From Deltaproteobacteria bacterium (GTDB lineage Bacteria; JAGRBM01; JAHCIT01), in contig JAHCIT010000003.1 in the NCBI GenBank assembly GCA_026129095.1, positions 124,001 to 188,000 on the forward strand: DNA of 64,000 bases, given 5' to 3'. The notes below the pieces were generated by a model. That model had not been told where the DNA came from, did no database searches, and saw only the letters and a list, made by a program, of their open reading frames with translations. The translations under genes were made by a program, and so were the position numbers. Of this stretch, positions 1 through 7,726 are shown piece after piece; position 1 is the first letter of the stretch; each line of letters opens with the position of its first letter.

Positions 1-762
1 CTGCTGTATGAACTCCTGAACATGCCTCCATGGAAGCGCCAGCCCTACGTGGGCGATTCCGCGTTCGCCCACAAGGGCGGGATCCATGTGTCGGCTGTGC
101 AGAAATACGCCAGCACATACGAGCACATCGAACCCGAACTGGTCGGAAGCAGCCACCGGATTCTGGTCAGTGATCTCGCGGGGCAGAGCAACGTCCTCTA
201 CAAGGCCAAGGAGTTCCATATCGACCTTGCGAAGAACAGCCCGGCAACCCGCGAGATTCTCGACCAGCTGAAAACTCTGGAACACGCGGGCTACCAGTAT
301 GAGGGTGCCGAGGCATCGTTTGAGCTGCTGATGCAGAGGGCGCTTCACAAGGAAAACCACCGGAAGGGCTTCCGGCTGGTGGGTTTTCGCGTGATCGACG
401 AAAAACGGGCCGAGGGTGAAGAACCCCTGTCGGAGGCAACCGTCCAGATTGAGGTGGATGGGCAGGTCTCCCACTCGGTTGCCTTGGGAAACGGACCCGT
501 GAATGCGCTGGACGGCGCGCTCCGGAAAAGCCTGATCCCGTTCTATCCGGAACTGAAGGACGTGGAACTGCTCGACTACAAGGTCCGTGTCATCGCCGGC
601 GAAAAGGGCACAGGATCATTTGTCCGTGTCCTCATCGAATCGGGTGATGGCAAGGACCGCTGGGGTACCGTGGGCGTCTCCCACGACATCATCGAGGCTA
701 GCTACCAGGCACTGGCTGACTCGATCGCCTACAAGCTGTACAAGGACAAAAAGAAAGGGTAA
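1..762 (+). CDS. cimA: Citramalate synthase (LeuA family), C-terminal part; 5'-truncated by the window edge
   Basis: Frame open from base 1; motifs PYVGDSAFAHKGGIHVSAV, GYQYEGAEASFELL, GNGPVNALDGALRK, DYKVRV, WGTVGVSHDIIEAS. Confidence 0.9.
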   Translation: MLYELLNMPPWKRQPYVGDSAFAHKGGIHVSAVQKYASTYEHIEPELVGSSHRILVSDLAGQSNVLYKAKEFHIDLAKNSPATREILDQLKTLEHAGYQYEGAEASFELLMQRALHKENHRKGFRLVGFRVIDEKRAEGEEPLSEATVQIEVDGQVSHSVALGNGPVNALDGALRKSLIPFYPELKDVELLDYKVRVIAGEKGTGSFVRVLIESGDGKDRWGTVGVSHDIIEASYQALADSIAYKLYKDKKKG

Positions 763-790
763 CTGGCGCCTTTTGTGACAGCCTGCTGGG

Positions 791-825
791 GCTTCACGGC
801 TCCCTGGGGAGAGCCTGAAGCTGTG
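791..825 (+). terminator. Imperfect hairpin downstream of cimA, possible terminator
   Basis: GCTTCA-c-GGCTC...GAGCC-TGAAGC stem; only a weak U tail. Confidence 0.3.
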
Positions 826-851
826 TGCATTTCGGCACGCTTCGAATGGTC

Positions 852-880
852 TTGCTTTCAGCAGGGTTTTCCTTTAGAAA
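852..880 (+). promoter_or_regulatory. Candidate sigma70 promoter of the rpsP operon
   Basis: TTGCTT-17 nt-TAGAAA about 90 nt upstream of the rpsP ATG. Confidence 0.4.
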
Positions 881-970
881 TGGCCCTCCGGACCTTCGGA
901 AGCCTTGTGTGGCTTTTGAAGGAACCCGTTGAAAAGATTGAGGTTTCCAGGAGCAAGCGAGAGATTCTTT

Positions 971-1219
971 ATGGTAGTGATCCGACTTTCCCGCCGCGGT
1001 AACCGGGGCCGTCCCGCCTACCGGATTGTGGCCGCTGACAAAACGAAGCCCCGTGATGGCCGTCATCTGGAGGTGCTCGGTACGCACATCCCGACCGGAA
1101 CCCAGCGTGGCACTACGCTTCACACCGAACGCATCCAGTACTGGCTGTCGAAGGGTGCACAGCCGTCGGAAACCGTCCGTGCGCTGCTGAAAAAGCAGGG
1201 CGTTCAGCTCCCGAATTAA
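971..1219 (+). CDS. rpsP: 30S ribosomal protein S16
   Basis: MVVIRLSRRG..RPAYRIVAAD...RDGRHLEVLG, YWLSKGAQPSETV; first gene of the canonical rpsP-khpA-rimM-trmD-rplS cluster. Confidence 0.97.
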   Translation: MVVIRLSRRGNRGRPAYRIVAADKTKPRDGRHLEVLGTHIPTGTQRGTTLHTERIQYWLSKGAQPSETVRALLKKQGVQLPN

Positions 1220-1301
1220 GTCAGGCGCTCCTCCTTCCTGAACAGTCCGGTTGGCATTTGCTGAACCGGCAAGGCAGCAGGCCGCCCGTTTGGAGATACC
1301 C

Positions 1302-1772
1302 ATGTCCGATATGACGGAAAACGAGGAAACTCAGGAGTCTTCCGAAAGCTCGCGTGCTCCCTCGCCGCCACCAGTGCCGATCCGGACCATGCTGGAGGAG
1401 ATCGTGCGTGATGTGGTGTCGATGCCTGATGCCGTGCGGATCGATGAATCCGAACGGGATGAGGACGGCGACCGGTTTACGCTCTACGAAATCAATGTGG
1501 ATCCCTCCGATCTCGGCAAGGTGATTGGCAAGAATGGCCGCACGGCACGTGCCCTGCGGGCGATGGTGAATGCACTGGCCGCCCGGAGCCGCGTCCAGGC
1601 CGAGATGGAAATCGTCGAGCCCGAAGGCTCACGGCCGCCCGCCCGCGATGCCCGTGACGATGCTGGCGGCGACGATGCCAGTGATGATGGTGATGATGAC
1701 GGTGCGGACGACGAGACGGCCGATGACGGTGAAGAAGAAGCCGGCGGCGACGACGACAGCCGCGACGACTGA
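1302..1772 (+). CDS. khpA: KH-domain RNA-binding protein with long acidic C-terminal tail
   Basis: DLGKVIGKNGRTARALR KH motif; position between rpsP and rimM; GGAG upstream of ATG 1302. Confidence 0.9.
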   Translation: MSDMTENEETQESSESSRAPSPPPVPIRTMLEEIVRDVVSMPDAVRIDESERDEDGDRFTLYEINVDPSDLGKVIGKNGRTARALRAMVNALAARSRVQAEMEIVEPEGSRPPARDARDDAGGDDASDDGDDDGADDETADDGEEEAGGDDDSRDD

Positions 1773-2292
1773 CGCGGGAAATCCTTCCCGCGCCCCCAGC
1801 CAGTGGATCGAGCTTGGCCGGGTGGTGAAACCCCACGCACTGAAGGGTGCTCTCAAGGTGATGATCTGGAGCGGTTCGGGCGATAATCTTCGCCCGGAAA
1901 TCCCGCTGCGCCTGGAGCATTCCGAATCAGGCACCATGGATGTCTCCATCGTTCGCGCCGCACCCGCCGGAAACTGTTTCCATCTGGTCCTGAAAGAGAT
2001 TTCCTCGCCGGAAGCGGCTGAAAAGTGGCGTGGGGCGGCAATACTCGCTGCACGCAAGGATTTATCAGAAGGCCTCTATCTGGAAGACCTGAAAGGCGCC
2101 CAGGTCCGGGTCGCCGGTGCCGTTCAGCCAGCGGGGCTCATCAGGGACTTTTATGTGAATCCGGCCGGTCAGTCCTATGGAGTCCTTGGTGATGGGCAGT
2201 ATGTTGCACTGTTCCTGCCGGAAGTGAAATTCGCGGATGGCGTCCTCCATGTGCCAGCACATGCGGTGATCAGTGCCGATAGCGACGAGTAG
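1723..2292 (+). CDS. rimM: 16S rRNA processing protein RimM (start uncertain, overlaps khpA)
   Basis: IELGRVVKPHALKGALKV, AEKWRG, LYLEDLKG; synteny. ATG 1723 is the last in-frame ATG before the conserved core. Confidence 0.85.
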   Translation: MTVKKKPAATTTAATTDAGNPSRAPSQWIELGRVVKPHALKGALKVMIWSGSGDNLRPEIPLRLEHSESGTMDVSIVRAAPAGNCFHLVLKEISSPEAAEKWRGAAILAARKDLSEGLYLEDLKGAQVRVAGAVQPAGLIRDFYVNPAGQSYGVLGDGQYVALFLPEVKFADGVLHVPAHAVISADSDE

Positions 2293-2297
2293 AGCCG

Positions 2298-3053
2298 GTG
2301 CATATCGATATCGTCACCCTGTTCCCGGAAACCTTTGAAGGTTGGCGCAATCATTCCATTATCAGCCGGGCCCAGTCGAAGGGCGCTGTGGAACTCCATG
2401 TTCACAACCTGCGCGACCACGCGGAGAACAAGCATAACCGGGTGGATGAAGCGCCATTCGGCGGTGGTGGCGGAATGCTGATCCAGGCACCCCCCGTGCT
2501 CAGGCAGATCCGGGCGCTCAACCTTCCGGCGGGAACCCCGGTAATTGCCGCGTCGGCATCCGGTGAGCCGTGGAGCGACAGCCTTGCGAGGAAACATGCG
2601 GGCTGTCCCCGTCTGGTGATCCTCTGTGGCCACTACGAAGGATTTGACCAGCGTGCGCTCGATTTGACGGGGGCAAGGGAAGTATCGGTTGGAGATTTCG
2701 TGATGACCGGGGGCGAGCTTCCTGCAATGTGCATTAGCGACTCGATTATCCGGCTCCTGCCGGGGGTACTCGGCAACGAGATTTCGGCGGCCACTGAAAG
2801 TCATGCTTCGGGTACCAGCGGGGGGCTCCTGGAAGGCCCGCACTACACACGCCCCGAAGTGGTCGAGGGGGTATCGGTTCCGGAACTGCTGATGTCGGGG
2901 GATCATGCCCGTATCGCCCGGTTCCGGCGGGAAGAAAGCCTGAAACGGACCTGGGAGCGGCGGCCGGAACTCATCCGCCGGGCAGAGCAGGAAGGGCGTC
3001 TGACGGCGGCCGATATGGGCTATCTGAAGGCGCTGGGTTACGGGGGCGACTGA
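2298..3053 (+). CDS. trmD: tRNA (guanine37-N1)-methyltransferase
   Basis: IDIVTLFPE, VDEAPFGGGGGM, CGHYEGFDQR, SVGDFVMTGGE, LLEGPHYTRP, LMSGDH. Confidence 0.97.
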   Translation: MHIDIVTLFPETFEGWRNHSIISRAQSKGAVELHVHNLRDHAENKHNRVDEAPFGGGGGMLIQAPPVLRQIRALNLPAGTPVIAASASGEPWSDSLARKHAGCPRLVILCGHYEGFDQRALDLTGAREVSVGDFVMTGGELPAMCISDSIIRLLPGVLGNEISAATESHASGTSGGLLEGPHYTRPEVVEGVSVPELLMSGDHARIARFRREESLKRTWERRPELIRRAEQEGRLTAADMGYLKALGYGGD

Positions 3054-3195
3054 GACTGCCCTGGATGCGGCTAAGCCGCCGGAATCTTTCCGGTTTCATC
3101 TGCCTTGACTTGCCCCTCGTTTCCGTGGCAAGGGAGGCCCCTCTTGAGGCTCCGCCCGGCATGTGCCGAAGGAGCTCCTGACCGGGAATGAAGCC

Positions 3196-3693
3196 ATGTC
3201 GATGCATCCGATCATCCAGAAGATAGAAGCCGAACAGATCAAGGGCGACCGCCTGAAGAAGGCCGGCAAGCGCGGCCGGGTGAAGGAAAACTTCCGCCCA
3301 GGTGCCACTGTCCGGGTCCACACCCGTATTCGTGAAGGCGACAAGGAACGTATCCAGATATTCGAAGGTGTGGTGATCGCCTGTAAAGGCCGGGGCCTGC
3401 TGCGGGCGTTCAAGGTCCGGAAGGTGTCTTTCGGCGTGGGTGTGGAACGTACGTTCCCCCTGCATTCGCCATGGATCGAAAAGATTGAAGTGAAGCAGGA
3501 GGGCGAAGTCCGCCGGGGCAAGCTCTACTACCTGCGTGACCTTTCCGGCCGTGCAGCCAAGCTCCGGGAAAAGCGCGGCACGGAGAACTTCCGCAAGCTG
3601 CTCCTGCCGCAGCAGGCTCCTGAAGAGGCGGCGGCCGGTAATCCGCCCCCGGAAGCTCCTGCCGAACCGGCTGGCGAAGCTCCGAAGGCCTAA
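3196..3693 (+). CDS. rplS: 50S ribosomal protein L19 with Pro/Ala/Glu-rich C-terminal extension
   Basis: [58 protein letters not shown]. Confidence 0.97.
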   Translation: MSMHPIIQKIEAEQIKGDRLKKAGKRGRVKENFRPGATVRVHTRIREGDKERIQIFEGVVIACKGRGLLRAFKVRKVSFGVGVERTFPLHSPWIEKIEVKQEGEVRRGKLYYLRDLSGRAAKLREKRGTENFRKLLLPQQAPEEAAAGNPPPEAPAEPAGEAPKA

Positions 3694-3715
3694 CCACTCA
3701 TCTCTTGCCCGTTGG

Positions 3716-3754
3716 CCCTGTCTCCTCATCATGGAGACAGGGAAGGCTGTTTTT
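3716..3754 (+). terminator. Probable intrinsic terminator after rplS
   Basis: Perfect 10-bp stem CCCTGTCTCC/GGAGACAGGG with a 7-nt loop, followed shortly by GTTTTT. Confidence 0.6.
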
Positions 3755-3821
3755 GCTGCTTCTCCGGTTTGGTCTTGTCCAGTGGAGCGAATAGACTCCG
3801 GGGACGAGGAAGTAGCCAACC

Positions 3822-5663
3822 GTGCAGATCATCGAACTGGTGGTTCAGGGAGTCCGGCGGTTCAAGGACTCGTTCAAGATACAACTGAAGCCTGGTCTTA
3901 TTATGGCTGTGGGCGGAAGTGAGTCCGGCAAGACGACGCTGGTTGACATCATCGAGGCGTCGCTGTTCCCGGCCGACTCGAAGCATTCTTCCGAACTGGT
4001 ATCGTGGGAAACTCCGGAGCTCTCACGCGGAGCGATTGTTTTCAGGGCGGGACCGGAAGACGGCACTTATCGTATTGTCAGGGATTTCGTGAAAAATGCG
4101 TCATCACTTTCAAAACTGGATCCGGAGACGAAAAAGTTCATGCCGATCGCCGGGGATTCCGCGCAAATCGATACGGTTCTGAAAGAAATGGGGCTCCCCT
4201 CTCTCGAAATCTATCATGCGCTTTGCGTCATTCACCGGCTGGATAGCGAAGCTCCCGGGGCAGCGGGATTTGGCTCGGCGGTGGATGAACTGAGCCAGCT
4301 TTCGCCAGAAGTCCGCGAACAGAAGATCAGGGAAATAAAGGAAGCACTGGAAGGAACCGGCAAGCTCGACCAGCTCCAGTACGAGCTGGACGGTTACGAG
4401 AGCGAAAAGTTTGACCTGATGAGCACGCTGAAAAGGGCGGACGATCTCGAAGCGGAAGCCAAAAAGGCCGAGGAGGTGCTGGAGCAGCCCCAGAACGAGA
4501 AACTGGGGTCCATTTCGGCCGAACAGGAAGAGCGGATCCGCAACCACGATGAGAAATCGGGAGAACGCAAGCGAGAACTGGATCATCTCGAAAAGCAGAT
4601 GCTGAGCTTTTACCAGGAAGCGGACGCCGCCCGCGCAAAACAGGTGGCGCCCTATCAGCATCCGATCGTCATGGCTGGAATAGGAGTAATCCTGCTGGGG
4701 TTCATCCTGTGGATCGGGATGAAAATGTCAGGCGATCAGTATGCCCCGCATGCATCGAAATCGTTTCTGCTGGTGATGGTGGGCGCAGCCCTCGCCGGAT
4801 TCGGTTATCTTCAGTGGATGAAACTGATGCAGGACCTGAAAGAGGTTATTTCCAAACCGGAGAAAACCGAACAGCAGCGCAATCAGCTCATGCGCAAGTA
4901 CGACGTGGAATCAGCGGACGTCATTTCCGTGCTCAGGCGAACCGAATCGGACACTCCACGCGAGCTTCTGGAGCGGCTCGTCGCATTCAAGAAGCTGAAG
5001 GCCACGGCGGACAAGGCCCGTGCGGCAGCCAACAAGGCCCGTGAAGCTCCGGAAGTGGCCGAGGCGGCCGCCCGGCTCAAGGAAGTCACTGCGAAGATCA
5101 AGGAAACCCAGATGGCGATCAAGAAGGCGGGAGCCGCGGCCGCCATTGATCCAGCCGAACTGCGCCGCCAGCTCGACAGGCTGGAGAATGCCGGCGGAAA
5201 CAAGGGCGTTGCCGGAGTGGGGGCCGGGAAACTGATCGCGGCGGCGGCTAGCTATCTGGATGAAAGCCCGGATGGCCTGGCTGCGGCCATTATGCCCCGC
5301 GCCTCTGCCCACCTGCAGACGATTACGGAGAACCGCTATTCGCTCGTTTCGCTATCCTCCGATGGTTCGGCAGGCCTCAGGCATCTTCCTTCCTCGCGGG
5401 AGCGGCTCATTGGCGAACTGGGCAGCAGCGTGCTGACTGCTTTCCAGTTCGCCGTTCATGGGGCATTGATGGAATTCATTGCCGACCGGAAGGAAAAACT
5501 GCCGCTGCTGGTTGATTGCGGCACCGGGACCCTCGATGACCGCTGGCTGGCGGGTCTGTTCCGGGTACTCAAGGCCGTAGGTGGCCGCTCGCAGGTCATC
5601 CTCACCACGTCCCGTGCGCAGGTTGCCAGCATGGCGGATCTGGCCATAAAACTGCCGGCATAG
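3822..5663 (+). CDS. SMC/Rad50/YhaN-like coiled-coil ATPase with two internal hydrophobic helices; degenerate ABC motifs
   Basis: N-terminal IIELVVQGVRRF...Walker A GGSESGKTT; long coiled coil; hydrophobic segments IVMAGIGVILLGFILWIGM and FLLVMVGAALAGFGYL; C-terminal LPLLVDC..LDD and QVILTT. Confidence 0.75.
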   Translation: MQIIELVVQGVRRFKDSFKIQLKPGLIMAVGGSESGKTTLVDIIEASLFPADSKHSSELVSWETPELSRGAIVFRAGPEDGTYRIVRDFVKNASSLSKLDPETKKFMPIAGDSAQIDTVLKEMGLPSLEIYHALCVIHRLDSEAPGAAGFGSAVDELSQLSPEVREQKIREIKEALEGTGKLDQLQYELDGYESEKFDLMSTLKRADDLEAEAKKAEEVLEQPQNEKLGSISAEQEERIRNHDEKSGERKRELDHLEKQMLSFYQEADAARAKQVAPYQHPIVMAGIGVILLGFILWIGMKMSGDQYAPHASKSFLLVMVGAALAGFGYLQWMKLMQDLKEVISKPEKTEQQRNQLMRKYDVESADVISVLRRTESDTPRELLERLVAFKKLKATADKARAAANKAREAPEVAEAAARLKEVTAKIKETQMAIKKAGAAAAIDPAELRRQLDRLENAGGNKGVAGVGAGKLIAAAASYLDESPDGLAAAIMPRASAHLQTITENRYSLVSLSSDGSAGLRHLPSSRERLIGELGSSVLTAFQFAVHGALMEFIADRKEKLPLLVDCGTGTLDDRWLAGLFRVLKAVGGRSQVILTTSRAQVASMADLAIKLPA

Positions 5664-5689
5664 AACGTCCCAGGGCGTGTGGATAGATC

Positions 5690-6307
5690 ATGCCGGTAGA
5701 CCCCGACTTCGACCGCCGGTTCCGGTCCGGGATCCCGGTGACCGCATTTCTGGCCGGTGTTGATGAGGCCGGGCGTGGCCCGCTTGCAGGCCCGGTTGTG
5801 GCAGCGGCGGTGATTCTCGATCCGGATGCTTCCCCGATTGCCGGTGTTGATGACTCCAAGGCACTCAGGCACGAGGTACGGCTGGAACTGGCGGCGGTTA
5901 TCCGTGAGCGGGCACTTTCCTTTGCGGTCTGCGAGGCGAGCGTCGAGGAGATCGACCGGCACAACATTCTCCGGGCATCACTGCTGGCCATGCGGCGGGC
6001 CATCGAAGCGCTGGACCGGCCGGTGGGACTGGCGCTTATTGACGGAAACCGGCTCACCGACGCACTGGTGCGCCAGCAGTATGTGATAAAGGGCGATTCC
6101 AGGAGTCCGTCTATTGCGTCGGCCAGTATCCTGGCCAAGGTTCACCGGGATCTTCTCATGTCGGATCTGGCTGAACGTTATCCGGAATACGGATTCGACC
6201 GGCACAAGGGCTATCCGACTGCTTCTCACCGGGAAGCGATCCGGAAAAATGGCCCTTGTCCCATTCACCGGCGCACGTTCCGGGGGGTCAAGGAGTTCCT
6301 GCCATGA
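5690..6307 (+). CDS. rnhB: Ribonuclease HII
   Basis: AGVDEAGRGPLAGPVVAAAV, DSK, IDGN, KGD...IASASILAKVHRD, HKGYPT. Confidence 0.98.
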   Translation: MPVDPDFDRRFRSGIPVTAFLAGVDEAGRGPLAGPVVAAAVILDPDASPIAGVDDSKALRHEVRLELAAVIRERALSFAVCEASVEEIDRHNILRASLLAMRRAIEALDRPVGLALIDGNRLTDALVRQQYVIKGDSRSPSIASASILAKVHRDLLMSDLAERYPEYGFDRHKGYPTASHREAIRKNGPCPIHRRTFRGVKEFLP

Positions 6308-6711
6308 GCCCGAAACCTTCTTCGTCAGCAGGGAAACCCGCGCCCGGTTCCGGACCCCGTAAAAACCTCGGTGCACGGGGTGAAGACGCAGCCGCCATCT
6401 GGCTTGCGCGCAAGGGCTGGCAGATCGTTGAGCGGAACTGGAACTGCGCCCTTGGCGAACTGGACATCATCGCCCGCGACGGTGAAACGTATGTTTTCGT
6501 GGAGGTCCGCACGAAATCAGGCCGTGAATTCGGAAGCGGAATCGAATCGGTCACGCCGGGCAAGGTGAAAAAGCTGATTCGTCTGGCCGAGGCCTATGTC
6601 CAGTCGGGCGGCATCAGGGATGTGCCGCTGCGGATCGATGTGATTGGCGTGGATGAGGCTCCCGACGGGACCTATGCGTTCGAGCATGTGCCGAACGTAA
6701 CAGGATATTAG
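6304..6711 (+). CDS. yraN: YraN/UPF0102 putative endonuclease
   Basis: GARGEDAA, ERNWNC..GELDIIA, VFVEVRTK, RIDVI; ATGA overlap with rnhB stop. Confidence 0.93.
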   Translation: MSPKPSSSAGKPAPGSGPRKNLGARGEDAAAIWLARKGWQIVERNWNCALGELDIIARDGETYVFVEVRTKSGREFGSGIESVTPGKVKKLIRLAEAYVQSGGIRDVPLRIDVIGVDEAPDGTYAFEHVPNVTGY

Positions 6712-6717
6712 CGAGGA

Positions 6718-7722
6718 CTATCCGGTGACCACGTTTACGGGGGTTCCGGCAAGGCAGGCGTGGATGTTGGAAACAGTGGTTTCAAGGATGCGGTGAAGGG
6801 CCTCTTCGCTGTTGAAGGCGTTGTGTGGGGTAATGATGACGTTGGGCAGCTTGAGCAGGGCGTGGTTCTGAACGAGAAGTTCCAGTTTTTCCCGGTCGTA
6901 ACTGTCGGCCAGCACTTCGCGCTCCTCGAAAATCGATTTTTCTTCTTCAAGAACATCCAGTCCGGCGCCGCCCAGATGGCCGGACCTGAGGGCGCCCAGC
7001 AGTGCGCGAGTATCTACGAGCCCGCCTCTGGCGGTGTTGATGAGAAGCGTACCCTTCTGCATCCGGGCGAGTGACTTTTCATTGATCAGGTGGTGGCTTT
7101 CGGGAGTATAGGGACAGTGCAGACTCACCACATGGGAGCGAGTGAGGAGGTCGTCCAGCGGAACGTAGCCGAAGTCCATCGCCGCGGACAGCCGCTCGTC
7201 AGGGTGTCCGTCATGGGCGATCACATTCATGCCGAAGGCTTTCCCGATCCGGATCACATGGCTGCCGATCCGTCCGGTTCCAATGACTCCAAGGGTTTTC
7301 CCGCGCAGGTCGAAACCACACAGCCCTTCCCGTGAAAACTCTCCCAGCCTGACACGCTGGAAAGTGACGGCGATCCGCCGGGAGAGGGCGAGGATCAGGC
7401 CGAAGGTGTGCTCCGCCACCGTGTTGGAACCGTATGACGGGACATTGGCCACGACGACGTTCCGGCTCCTGCACGCGTTGAGGTCAATATGGTCGTAGCC
7501 GGTAGATCGTGTGGCGATGAGCTTGACGTCAGGTAATGCCCCAAGGACTCCGGCATTAACCTGCGAGACAATGAACACGGAGACCACAGCCGCACCAGCG
7601 GCGAGGGCAGCCGTTTCCCGGGTGAGCAGCTTGTCCGTATAGAGCGCCTGTTCGCCCTTCATGAGTGCCTCAAGGGTGGGGCGTTCAGTCGGGGTAACTT
7701 CGTAAAAGACAGTTCTGGACAT
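6718..7722 (-). CDS. D-isomer-specific 2-hydroxyacid dehydrogenase (D-lactate dehydrogenase-like)
   Basis: ATRSTGYDHID, NVPSYG..TVAEH, GVIGTGRIG, SLHCP, INTARGGLVD, LDVLEEE, ITPHNAF. Confidence 0.9.
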   Translation of the reverse strand: MSRTVFYEVTPTERPTLEALMKGEQALYTDKLLTRETAALAAGAAVVSVFIVSQVNAGVLGALPDVKLIATRSTGYDHIDLNACRSRNVVVANVPSYGSNTVAEHTFGLILALSRRIAVTFQRVRLGEFSREGLCGFDLRGKTLGVIGTGRIGSHVIRIGKAFGMNVIAHDGHPDERLSAAMDFGYVPLDDLLTRSHVVSLHCPYTPESHHLINEKSLARMQKGTLLINTARGGLVDTRALLGALRSGHLGGAGLDVLEEEKSIFEEREVLADSYDREKLELLVQNHALLKLPNVIITPHNAFNSEEALHRILETTVSNIHACLAGTPVNVVTG

Positions 7723-7726
7723 TTCC

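Noticed and set aside
5678..5686. DnaA-box-like TGTGGATAG before rnhB
   Set aside because: Single 8/9 match that coincides with the likely ribosome-binding site.
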